Part shown: positions 1 through 12,643 of the stretch, piece after piece
Layout: each line of letters begins with the position of its first letter
How positions within the stretch are numbered: position 1 is the first letter of the stretch
Assembly: GCA_051362555.1 (NCBI GenBank)
Contig: CM120640.1
Coordinates: 47,222,788-47,286,787 of the forward strand
DNA length: 64,000 bases
Reading direction: 5' to 3'
Source: Lingula anatina
Lineage: Eukaryota; Animalia; Brachiopoda
Made by a program: the position numbers and the translations under genes
Notes under the pieces: model-generated
What the model saw: only the letters and a program-made list of their open reading frames with translations
Database searches by the model: none
What the model was told of the DNA's origin: nothing

Positions 1-2742
1 CAGTTCATTCTTGTTTCCAATGACTGGTGCATCATCCTCTGTACTTGATCTTGTTTGTTCTGGAGGCAAGGCTCTTAGTGGAGATGTTCTGCTTGTTCTC
101 CTTAATTCCTTCATCCATGGAGCTACGTGGGCATTTTCAGTGGCTGATTCTCTATCTTTCTCATTCATAGAGGCCTTTTCTTCTTTATTTTCATTTTCTG
201 CAATAGCAATGTATCATCAGTCTCAATTATTCATTAAATAATTTAAAATGGTTGACATTTATTGTTTAATAATTTTTAAAATCTTTTCAGTGAAGAGCAT
301 CTGAGCTGTGCTTAACTTTTTCATCTTAGATGGATTTTACAGAAAAGATAATGAGAACTATCTATTTTTTATTGTTCAAGTGTCTGAAAACCATCTTATT
401 TTCAGATTATACAACGTAAGCTTTCAAATTTGTCCCCACCTTTACTTGACATTATTACTCTGACCAAGATGGATGAGCATGTTACCTTTGGCTTCTTTGG
501 CTTGCATTTTTTCTTCTGCTCTCTTTTGCTTTCCCAAGGCATCTTTCATCCAAGATGGCTTTTCAGGACTTTCATCCCTCTTCTCTCTTTCATCACCTGC
601 AGTCCTTCTGGATAAAGCTGAAAAAAATGTGACCTTTTAGCAAATCCACACAATTTAAATAACAAAAAAGGACCAAAATATTTAAATTCAGGCTGTTTTT
701 GCATAAATCCTATATGACAAAAAGAAAAATCTTACTGATTGCTGGATAATTCAATAATGCTTAACCCACATAAAAAATTCCATATCCTGAAAATGCACCC
801 GACCCCTCAAACCTCTGGCATGTCCAAGCTGTTTGTAAGCGAGAGGAAGGAGGCAAAAGTGGTTGGAAAATTCTCCTTCATTTGCATCATATATTTTAAA
901 AAAACTTTCTTTCCAGCAACCTTCCCCTTCATTTGATGTCCTCCAACTAATGCTAACAAAAACCTGGAACTAATACCCTGATTAATACCAGCAAAGTATA
1001 ACATCTGATGTCTAACATATGAGAAATAGTCAGTGTACCTGCTTGCACCTCCTCCCTAGCAGGTAGTGGTGATGTCTTGGTCCTTTTCACCTTGGCTTCT
1101 CTCAACCAGGCAGGCGGGGACTCAACAGTCCCATCAGCCTCTGGGGTTGTTGCGCCATCTGGCTTGGAGACATTTGTCTTACGAAGCTAAAAAATAATCA
1201 GACATTTTTGAACTGTCAATTTTTTTTGGGGGGAAAAAGACAATAAAGAAAATATTTAAAAAAACACATCACTGAATCGAAATCAATTAAAAATGAATAT
1301 GAAAGGAAGTAAAATAAAAGAGAGAGGTGGAATATAATTTGATTTCATGTTGTAAAACTGGAATTATTGTAAAACACCTCAGGGAGATTGTTTATATGTG
1401 ATCAGTAAAATTATCTGCAACACATAATCAGGAAAACATCAACATCTGATTCAATACTTTGCATTATTCAAGAACAGAAGGAGTTAGCTGGCAAAGCTGT
1501 CGAAATCTTCTATAAAAGAAAATGAAAGACCTGAAAGAAAAATCACCTTAGGTTTGCCTTCAAGAAGACTAGGTAAGACCATGGGGAGCTTCATTCCAGG
1601 CAATGCAGGTCTTTGAAATGGAGGGGGCTTACTGCCCTCCTCTTCTATACTCTGATGACGACTCTGTTCACCAGAAGGCGACCATGACACTTCTCCATTA
1701 AAAACTTCTTCTTCTTCAGAAGAGGCTCTTGATTTCCTAGGCTCTGTAATGTTTAAGGTGAAAAAAAAAATAATAAAACAAAATCAGCCAAAGAAGTAAA
1801 GTTAAAGTGGTAACTATATGATGAAAGTTAAATTAACAAATATTTATTCAAACCGTAGTCAATGCATCTAGATGTTCTACTCAACTAACACAATATTGGG
1901 TTGAGACCCTCTCATGTATATCAGAGTAAAGTGTTATCAATCACCAACACATCCATATCAGTTCAACTAACACAATGAAAGTAATGTTCCTCTCAAAAGA
2001 AAAAAGGTCTTTGTGAAGTCACTTTAACAAACTACAAAATATTAATGTTTTAATCTTTCATTAAGATTCAGAAATCATAAAGCAACCTTCTGAATGTAAG
2101 ATAACATATATATATTTAGTAGTGGGACATAGGTAAAATAATGAATAATATTTACAGTTTGGGACTGAATTGCAAATATCTTTTTAATAAAACTCTTAAA
2201 TCATATAGCTTACCTGTTGAGTCTTCAAACATTGAATCTGTGTCACTTGCTAGGCTGCTGCGTATGCTGCTTCTGGTTGGCTTGCGTCTCTTACCCATGG
2301 TGCCCTTGTGACGTAACACACTTTTCTCCTTACTGGCATGCAGGTCGAGGGTGGGGGTACTCTGTGGAAAATAAGTAAAATTATCTAACTCCATGGTTTA
2401 AGCACAGCCGGCACCATTAGTTACTCAAAAAAACGTAATATGGTATTAAGTAAATAAAAACCTGAAATTCAGTAACTATAAACAGTGCTTTTTTTTCATT
2501 CTCTCTGTATAATATTACAAATCATCCTGTAAACATCCTCAATCACAAAAGTATTTTTTAAAATCAACATGTTGAATAACATGCTGAATAACATATGTAG
2601 AAAATGTAAATCAGTATCAAACATAAACAGACAGTACAAATTTCTAATAGCATGTAATTCCTGAATATCCCTGAGATGTGTATCTTACCTCAATCACAGA
2701 GAAATCCAGACCAGCATTGTCAATTCTGTTATCTTCTGATGA
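1..2742 (-). CDS. C-terminal exons of a TNKS1BP1/KIAA1671-like protein (Tankyrase_bdg_C-like region); gene continues beyond the left edge
   Basis: GT-AG exons in one continuous frame: 2742-2689, 2361-2214, 1743-1547, 1186-1039, 617-486, 197-<1. They translate to SSEDNRIDNAGLDFSVIE/STPTLDLHASKEKSVLRHKGTMGKRRKPTRSSIRSSLASDTDSMFEDST/EPRKSRASSEEEEV...PAWLREAK...PSWMKDAL...PWMKELRR. The order DFSxIE-(x)LD-basic stretch-FEDSTEPR-SSEEE-PxW(L/M)xxL matches the remembered C-terminus of TNKS1BP1/KIAA1671. Confidence 0.72.
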
Positions 2743-3917
2743 CTGAAATTGGAGAAAGATAAAGCATCATTAACAGAAACACCAGACTTGGTATACTGGG
2801 GTACACCCGTAGCACATTACAATGTGGAAGAGAATAAACTCCTACTAGGTATCTAATGTTTTAAAATGTGTAACTTTATCTTTAATAATCTGAGGTTATT
2901 TTAAACAGTGCTCTGTTTACTATAATGTGGATAGGAATTAATCACTCATTACATCAACTAATAAAGAACCAAACTTTATGAACAAATGAATTACATCATA
3001 TCTGTGATATTAAAGCATGTCTAACCTTTAAATTATTGTGTATAACAAACACAGAATTCCAAAAGACCAAAGTTTTTGAAACACATTAATAACCTAATTG
3101 CAATAAAAATTCATCAAAAAGATTGTTCTTGGATCCAAGGAATTGCATTTACTGATGCTACTGCTGTTGTGACAAGAGCAAAACTTAGCTGTTTCCCTAC
3201 TATTTTTTGTTCTAAGGTAAGTGATTACTATCACTAAAACATCAGTAAATGCAATAAAATTGTAATAAAGGCACATTTGAGAGCAATATGAAAATACCAA
3301 AAATATGTTTAATTAAGTTCCTTTAGCTCCTGACCAATGAAATGTATCAAGTACAGGTAAGACATATCAGAAAAATGTAATGGCTAGTCTTCCACTGTTC
3401 ATAAATCTTACATTCTCTCTGGGTCATCTAGGCAGAACATGTAGTTATTCACGGACAATTAAACATAAGCTGAAGTTAGAAGTTGGGGTTGTGATATACT
3501 ACCTCTGAAGGGTATTAAATGAATCAATCAAAGATGCATTTTGTTTTATTCTGTGATAGTTTATCTGAGAAATGAAATGCTCGGGAGGATTGGAGGAATG
3601 TTGAAGCATTAGGGTTTACTCATGTGTGTTCCCAACATGGTCAATTTAACTATGTCAATTTACCTTATAATCTTGACACTTCACTAAAATTTACTAAACA
3701 TTCAAGTTTAAACCTACCTATTTATAGTTTAAGCAGTTAGTCAAAAAGAAAAAGTATGATTTCTGAATCAAAAGCCAGAAAAAAATCTCCTGCTTGACTG
3801 CTAATTATATGTCAACATTCAAAGATGATAAATGATATAATACTTTTTTGTTAAGGTCATTGTAAAAGCAAACATAGAGTCTATTCCAAAAATTTCAACA
3901 AACTACATATAACTTAC

Positions 3918-5678
3918 TTTTACACCAACAGCATGCTTTAACTTGTTATCATTATTGTTCAACAAGGACTTAGAGGTATTATTTTTCTGCATGGGATAAG
4001 TGTGGTAAGCTGAAACCATCCTCTCGGGTTTCTGTAGCAAAATTTCCCCTGAAGACTTTGTGTAGTTCCCCGTGAAAAGCATTCCAGCTTTATTTCGCAG
4101 CTGCCTTGTATAATGATCATCAAGTGTGGTCTTTCCATTGTAAAATCTAGTGTTGTCTGTACTGTAAAAACAGCTTTCCGATCTCCCTTTGTTAAATGTG
4201 CATTTTTCAATATTAAAGGAGCTAAACTGATCAGAATCAGAGTTGTTGCTAGCAGTACTATGACACCGTCTGTCATACCCTGTATCAATCATGTCACCTT
4301 TGGAGGACAGTCGAAAATCCCCCTCTCTGTTTTTGCTTTGACGCAATCTCTCATCAAATTCAAGCCTACGGCCAACTGTGCCTTGCATGCGAGATATTTT
4401 TGGTGTTTTATGAAACCACTCAGATCTGTATGATAGTGTGTCATCGGGCTGTCCCCAGGCCAATAATTTATCTCCACCAGCTGGTGTTATATGTTGTAAT
4501 CTGGAATTATCATAAATACTTCTCTGATCTTCCACCTTGTAAAAAGGCTCATTTATATGCATTTTCTCTAGTTGTTCACAGTTTTTATTATCAAAATGCC
4601 CTGTGGATGCAAAGTCATAACTTTCAAGTCTGCCGATTCTTGTATTCCCATTAAAATCCTGAGATTCGCCAAGAAAAGTGGGCATTTTATTCCAGTTTTT
4701 TCCACCTTCCATGCTAGTAGGAGATACAGGCAACTCAGCTGTATAATACTTGTCATTTGATGAAGATCCGTTCTGTGCCTGATAATAATCACTCTTTTTA
4801 TAAATATATGTTGTTTTGGCATCTGAGCCAATAGTCTTACTTATTTGTGTTTTGATATTATCTGTCAAGTGACGGACACCTGTTTTGTTTGGAGTGGACA
4901 ATACTGAGAGGTGACCACCATTCACATCACCTGATCCTTGAAGAGGCGATGAACTAGAATTGATACAGTCACATTTGTTTGCCTCCCTGTCAAGCCGGGG
5001 TTCATTGAGGAAGGACCCTCCATTCTTGTGCCATTCAACAGAAGTCACCCTTCCTTCTGCTTGCTGCTCATGATTTTCATGCAACACTGTCTGTGCAAAC
5101 ATGGCCGAGCTGTTTACTTTACTGCTGTACACCATGGGTGTGATGTGTTTCTCTTGTGTGACTTCCTTTGATTGGGATATTTGAGGTATTTCGGTGCTGC
5201 CACTCCTCTTCCATTCAATTGAAGAATTCCTGTGCCCAGAAGACTGCACGTCTGAAGCAAATTTACTTCTACAGTTTGGTTCAGTGTTGCCATTTTGATA
5301 ATTGTGTAGTTTTCTCAAATGACTTAGATTTGCTTCATCTAAAGATCTGCTTTTGCTAAAAACATTATCCAACCTAATTTCATTGTCCGTCTTCTTGTCA
5401 CTGTGGTCCCCTTCATGTGCAGCAGACACCTTGCCCACATGTACATTAGTAAGGTCATTCCTAACCCAGGGATAAGACCCATAAGGCCCTGACTGCCTCA
5501 GGTGCCTTGGTAGGTCTCCTAGGGTGGTCAGGTGTCCACTGCGATGACCACTTCTCTGAATGCCACTTCTCTGTCCTCCATATTCATTAAAACTCTGAGA
5601 TCTCCCTGGCATCCTTACTCCATACATCTGATATGACTTTCTCTTCAGATTATTTACATAGCTGTTGTCTGCCTCCAT
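3918..5678 (-). CDS. Large, low-complexity/disordered alternative N-terminal exon (~587 aa) of the left-hand gene
   Basis: Long ORF (track 3903..5750). Acceptor ttcttag before 5733, ATG at 5678 (MEADNS...), phase-0 donor AAA|gtaag at 3918 compatible with the phase-0 acceptor at 2742. Confidence 0.7.
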
Positions 5679-8600
5679 CACTTTTGCTGTCACGGTATTG
5701 TAAGTGAATGCACGTATATTGTAATGACATGTACTAAGAATACAAAACACAGAAGATTATCAGTTATTTATGACAAAGAAGAATAATTCCCCTAGAGCAG
5801 AGAATAATTATAGATCAATATTGCATGTTGGCAACTGCAGTGAGCAATATCCTTTACGGCTTCAAATGAAACAGTGTTACCATCACCTGTTAATATAAGG
5901 AAGTTATGTCAGTCAATCAGAAAGTAATTGTCATTGCTAATTACAAACTACTAACAAGTGTTATTTCAGTCCTGTAAGGCACTGCCCTCTTAGTTATTGA
6001 TTTAAATAAGAAATCAGATATTTCAATTATACCTTAGAGACTAAAAAAACTGATTGAGTCGAACTTAGTAGCAATTTCCTCATGAAAATATGTGTGAATT
6101 TCCTGATCATATTCTGTAGAAAAAAAACCAACATTGATTTTTATATGAATTTAGCACAGGCTGATTCCTCCTTTACTAGTCTAAGTATTGGGTGTGTATT
6201 AAAACAGAAAACAGCAACTGAAGATCTCCATATGTTAGCTTCAGGTCTCTCTCTATTTATAGTGCAACATTCTGTGACATTTGAAGACCAAATCCAAGTT
6301 GAAGTTCTGATATTTCTATGTTCAATATGTAATGTCACCTCTTCTGCTGACCATTCCAAAATGTCAACATAACTACCCCGGTAGCTGTCAATTTTATCAC
6401 CGACAGTCACTTTCTGTAGACTTTCTGCTCGATGGTTCAGGTAATCACTGTCCTGGTACGTAGAAAATTCTAAGAATTAAGTACCAGCAGTTATATTATC
6501 TTTGGCTGGTGATCAGAAGACTGTTATGAGTATGACAACCTTGTGTCACCTACATGTCACCTTTATGACACCTGTTGTGATAAAATAGACTCACTGCTCA
6601 TTAATTCAGGTGTATATATTGTTTGGTGCTTCAAAAATGCTGGGATTAAATTCCTTCTGCTGTAAGCTCTGCCATATGCACTGAAATATGTATCCAATGA
6701 ATGCTCCAAGTTGTTGGCCATGTTGTATTACAGCACATGTGCAAGCTATGTCAGCTAAGAATGCTGTATTCTCTTGTTAACCTGCACTTTCAGTGATTTA
6801 GAACAAGAGAGAGATTTTTGCCAATAATTCTACATACAATGAGTTAGAAAATAAGTCATGTCTCATAAAGTGCATGATATTTCTCTCTTACTATGTCATT
6901 ACAAGTAGAACAATTTAACTCATTCTCCAATATTTCTGCTTCACAAAGCTTTCTGCTATATTAAACAGTATTCTGCATCAGCTGTCTTGTGTTTATAAGT
7001 GCCCTCCAAACTGCAGTGAACATGGGTCTGATTCTGGCAAAGTTCTAGACTTTGCATTTCATGTATGATGGATAATATACCATAGCTCCTCATTCAATTT
7101 CCATAAAAAGCTCTGCTATATTGCCTATTTTGTGTAAAGGATCTGCTGTCTTTATAATTCAAGATTACTCAAGACCAGTGTTGAGTACCTCCTCATCAGT
7201 GTATGTGTAGATTTAATATACTGTCATACTATCTTCAACTCTTCATACATCCAAACTCTTCATATAACATGCTCAGCGATTCTTCCTCTGCCTTGCCAAA
7301 TTTCACCACACAGGGACAGCATGTCCTAAATCCAATTAAAGCTAATCCCTCCCAGTACACTGGTGTCCTGCCAGTGAAAGGCTCCGAGCTGGCCCTGTCA
7401 ATAGCCTCTTCACCAGTCATGCAATGCTGGACGTTAAGATGGCCAAATCCTTTTCTGACAACCACAAAGACAACATGCAGCGTGGAGTGCAGCCAGAATG
7501 GTCAGGTCCTCTACACTCAGTCAATTACACCTGTTTAGAGGTTTGCTCATGTTCTCTTCCAGTTTTCTAACTGAAAATGAATCCTTCGGTCTTCTCTACT
7601 CTGTCAAGTACACTAGCATGTATGGCAATTCATTTTCATCATTTAAATATCCTCTCTTATTTCCCATTTTTTTACTGTTCTGAAAAAATCAATAGTTTGC
7701 TAAAGCTAATCCTCCTAATCTGTCACCATAGAAGACTGTCACCAGTCACTGCCATGCCAGCTTCATTGTCTTGCTTCCTGCACTGTTTTATATATTGGAA
7801 AATTCTGTTCATATATTAAGACTAATAAAGCAAAACTTAATTACTTGGCCTTTCTCGCCCTTCCATTTTTTCTAAACCCCTACAGGCTAATTTAACCTGG
7901 AAAAGGTTATATGCAGTTATCAATCCAGTGCTTGCAATTTGGCTACCTCTCCTTGGAGGCTAATCACTCTATGCTGGGACTCAGTGCTGCACCTATGTGT
8001 TTAAATACCTTGTGCTGATAGTGACACCAAACACCAATGCACTGCCAAAAGTGGTAGCCACTATATATTTCTATACTTTATCAAATGATCCAACTCTATG
8101 CCTTTCAATTCATTCAATACTTCAAAACATACTCCTCTTGTTGACAGTCATAATATCTTTTTACCACCCTCCCTGGGATCATGGATTGCTTACTGATTGG
8201 TTCAAATACGTCATGTGATCAGGCACAGACCACAGGGATATCATCTGACACCCCATGGAAATGACCATCTCAAAACTGAGGTGTTTGTCCAGCTATACTC
8301 ATATTATTTACAGTGTCCTTTTGAATAAGTACATTGTTTGCTTTTCTTGTGAATGCCTAAGACCACTACAATATATCAAATTTCCTCTTTTTCTAAGTCA
8401 GTTGAAAAAAGTGTGCCTGGATATACAAACAGTCTTCTAAAATGGACATAAGCTCAAGTTTAAGAAAAGATGTTCAAATGAAAAATTGAACACGTTTTTA
8501 GTAAAAAGAAAATGATAATAATGGATCAGCTTGGATTTGACCAATAAATCACAAGAAAAATTGCTTTACTTCTAAACTGACATTTAGTTCAGAGGGAAAG

Positions 8601-10087
8601 ACTAATCAAATTTCATTCCAAACCAAATTACACCTGTACAATTCCAAATCTCTTGAAGACATACGCCAATACCAAGCTTTCTTTACTCCTACTGTTCTGT
8701 ACAAAGCATAAGTGGATGACCACAATCAGCTCACAAACCAATACTTACAGAATGCTACCTTTCAACATGGAATGTGTGATAATCAGAAGAAATTACAAAA
8801 TCACAAAGGCTTCTTCTGCCACAAGGGCACACAGAATTGCATACTTTATAAGACACATTAACATTTACACAAAACACTTCCGTTTCCTTCACAGAAGTCT
8901 ATAAACCAGGCTGTGCTTGAACCAATAAATATTATCCTTATGGTATGTCATACATCTGTTGCTTAGGATTGTCTTAAAAGGAATCCTTCTTTCCAAAGGA
9001 TAAGAGAATGGGGAGGGGAGAGGGGCGACATTGTCATCAATAAAGCAATTTTTACTTTATTCAGAGTTTGTCACCTTTCTTATTAAACCAGATATCTTGT
9101 TCTCTTACACATAAAAATCTAAGTTTTAAATTGAATTTTTATTATGATTATGATAGCATTTTTATTATGATAATTATTTTTATAGCTGTTAGTTATTGAT
9201 AGGCACTGACATTAAATTGCAAAAAAATTCGTCTTTTTCTTGAAACCCTATTTTATTAATTCTGTTGACACTTTTCTTAGCTGGTTTCTTACTTTACTGT
9301 GCATATTGAAATGATAACTGGCCATAACCAAGATTTAAGATTAGATATACAGTAATCCCATAAAAATACTAATCCAATGCTCATTTTGTGTATTCTGAAT
9401 AAATGCTGTGATTGCAGTGGCTTGTGAAAAATATCAAATCTTTTAATTTGCATAGATTTTTAGAGATTTTTGACATAACTGATCCTCACATTTTTCTGGT
9501 GTTGATCTACTTTTATACAACAACCAACCTTATTTTGAGAGTAGAAAGAATTCCCAACCCTCCATGATCATATGCTATTGTGACAAGAAATTTTACACCA
9601 TTTTCATTAAAAATGTCATAAAAAGTTATGTCATAAAATGAAATTCCTTCCATCATTGATCTTCATTCCCATGAATTACATAAAAAATCCCACTCCCTAA
9701 CCATATGATACCAGCCTGCAATATGCTACAACACTGTGACAGCACGCCTACAGCTTAAAATTGGATAAAAGTGATACAGATCATGCAATCCAAACACATG
9801 AAATACCACCCTTTATCAGGATCCTAGACACAGAATTAACCTTAACAATTATCAATTATCCAAATCATTCAATTACTGTATTTATGAATTGTGATTTCTC
9901 TTTTACTTATATTATTAAACTGATTTTATCAAACTTATCTACAAATCATTTCATTTCATTTCAATGGTAATAAAACCTGACAGACCAGAATACCTTTTCC
10001 TGTAGACAATCACTGTGCATCTGTACAGACTTTGGTGTTTCAGGGTCTTATGTCATGAAATTTTAACATGAAGTTATGCAATTGTAC

Positions 10088-10276
10088 CTGAAAATGTAAA
10101 ATCTCATCAAAATCCAAGCTATCAAATTGCCCACTGCAGTATCCTTCTGGGACCCCAGCAATCTCATCTTGTTCATAAAGAAATTCAATGTCATCTTCAT
10201 TGTCATCCCTCACTGTTATAAGCCTGGTGCCTTTGTATTCTTGCACTACTCTGTTGTAGCGTTTGCGAAAGGACAT
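10088..10276 (-). CDS. Short alternative N-terminal exon (63 aa, acidic) of the left-hand gene
   Basis: Acceptor cctgtag just upstream (10283-10289), ATG at 10276, MSFRKRYNRV...DEILHFQ, phase-0 donor CAG|gtac at 10088. Confidence 0.55.
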
Positions 10277-10644
10277 CCCTAACTACAGGTAAAACAACAA
10301 CTACATATCAATGAAAGACAAGGAAAAAAATCAAGGTAATATATAGTACCCAACACCAGGTCCAAAGATCAATTCTAAAGATAATATTATTTAATATAAA
10401 ACAACCTGTAAAATTCCCAACAGTTTAATTTGACTAGCAACTATGAAATATTTGTTTTCATGCCCACTATCCAATCTTCTAGTCAATTGCCTCATACTGA
10501 TGGCTTATGTGTCATGAATGGACAGAATGGGTTATTCCAATGCAATGGTTACTAAAAGACACTATGCTGTCAAACTATTTTGCCTAAATTTAACAGGAGA
10601 CTTGATATACTGACACCAATGCTAAACATGATGTTAAGCCAAAC

Positions 10645-11859
10645 CTTGTCTTGATGTCTTCTTAAACTTCTTGGTCTCTCAGGGCTACTGGGTCTGTCAG
10701 TGCTACTGCTTCCCATGGGCTGCAGAAACACCCGACTCTGCTGGACACTGTTCTTACGAGGGCAGTGGAAACTGAAATGGGATGGGTGATCCCTCACCAT
10801 TTTCCCTGTGTAACCTGAATTTGGGAGTGAAAAACTCTGACTTCCTGCCCTTTTTGTTGCCTGGTTCTCGCTTCCACTTTCCACCTGATGGACCTTAATG
10901 GGCATGGATGCCATTTGATCTTCTTTCTCTGTTTTTTTCTGCACAACATTTACTGCAGGTGTCTTTTGAGGTCCTGCACATTGAAAAAGGGATGTTTTTT
11001 TCATCAAGTTTGTTGGTGCCATTGCATCATCAAGTAACTTGCCAGTATTATTATCATGCCAGGTGAAACTTCTTTTGTCTTTAGTTGAATTGCTTCCATA
11101 AAAGTCAGGAACATCACGCTCTGGCATTTCTTGTATAACACTCTCTTTTGGGAAATGGCTGCGACAATTTTCAGCTGTTTTATTGCTGGAGTCCTCACAA
11201 AGAGAATGATCTTTTTCCTTGGCTCTAATGCCACCAGCTAACCATTCTTTATCTAAATTTCTTGACCCTGAAGGCTTTTTTAATTTGATTGGTTTGTACT
11301 TATCTCTAGGAAGGGTGCAGAAGATGCTGGCTTTCTCCAATAGAGGCCGTAGTGTTTCCATGAGGGGCTTCTCACCATCAAAGACATGATGTGTCTCCAA
11401 GTTATCTTTACTGAATGAAACTGTCTTCTTTACACCAAAGTTCTCATGCTGAATATAAGCCTTCCTCCCTGGAGAAGGAGATCTTGGTAATGTGTGCCTA
11501 CCTTGTGGTGGAAAAAGTCTTTCTTCAAATCTGATGCTCAGTTCATGATCCCCAGTTCTCTCCCCAACATTTTCTTCCCTATGGCTGTCCTGTGAATGGG
11601 AAGTAGAGGGCCATTGTTCTTGCTCTTCTGGGTGGTGCTGGTCATGGTGCTGGTCATGGTGCCGTTCCTGTGACTCATGATCAAAAACATGACACAGTGA
11701 CTTCACTGACACAGTCACAGTGGTCACATCAGCTTTCCGCTGCCTAAAAGGACGTATGAGGACCTGATAGCCGCCACACTGCACTGTGGTCTGTCTTGGG
11801 GGATCCCTGTAATTATACCTCCCTTGATGGTTTGGAAAACTTTCCTTATTGTAAGACAT
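10645..11859 (-). CDS. Large alternative N-terminal exon (~405 aa, Ser/Pro/basic-rich, disordered) of the left-hand gene
   Basis: 429 aa ORF starting at ATG 11859; likely phase-0 donor AAG|gttt at 10645 after ...RRHQDK; the ORF tail beyond this point looks intronic. Confidence 0.65.
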
Positions 11860-12643
11860 GATGACTCAGCATTCAATAGCAAACTCCATGTCCACTGTGG
11901 ATAATTCAAGAAAATCATAGTTTTCAACTACAATATCCTCACTGGAGTACATCTAATCTGCACTTATCTTGACTACAGGTTATCTTTATATTGTCATTAG
12001 CTTCAGGAATCCTGCTCAAGCCTACTTTTTCTTAAGACAAAGCACGCTGCCACAAGACTGCTGTTCAAAACATAAAATGACGTCTGCTCTGTAGATGTCC
12101 AATCACCTCTTTTCCGTGGTAGTCTTTGGAGGAATTATGACCAAATAATTAACTGTAACATCTGTCAGGTGACAGTTTGGCCTGTAAAAATGCATTTGTG
12201 GAGAGATGACGAAAAAAAAAAGATTGTCAAGCTCCTAAGTTATGGCCATCTGGAACCAGCAACACCTTGCTATGATTGAATTTCCCTTTTCTGAGTGTCG
12301 TAAGAATCTCTATAGGTATACAAAAATGATTTGGCAAAAACCAAATTTAATGTTGACTTTCTGCCAAATTGTCTAGATGTGTTTACTGTATGTGGTACAT
12401 CAGTTTGTATCATTTGTAAAATTAATCTTAACCTCAGATAATTATTTTATCAATATTATGCCCTGCATCCCATTTGCAATGATTTTTCAAACCTTTCCTT
12501 GGCATTTCAATTATCTATCATAGATCATCCATTGGTCAAATAGCTGTCATAAAAAATAATAATTTTATTCATTTTCTTTAAATATTTCATATTATTTATG
12601 TTTTTGGTACATATCTTCTCTTCATTTTTGTAGCAATCCTTAC

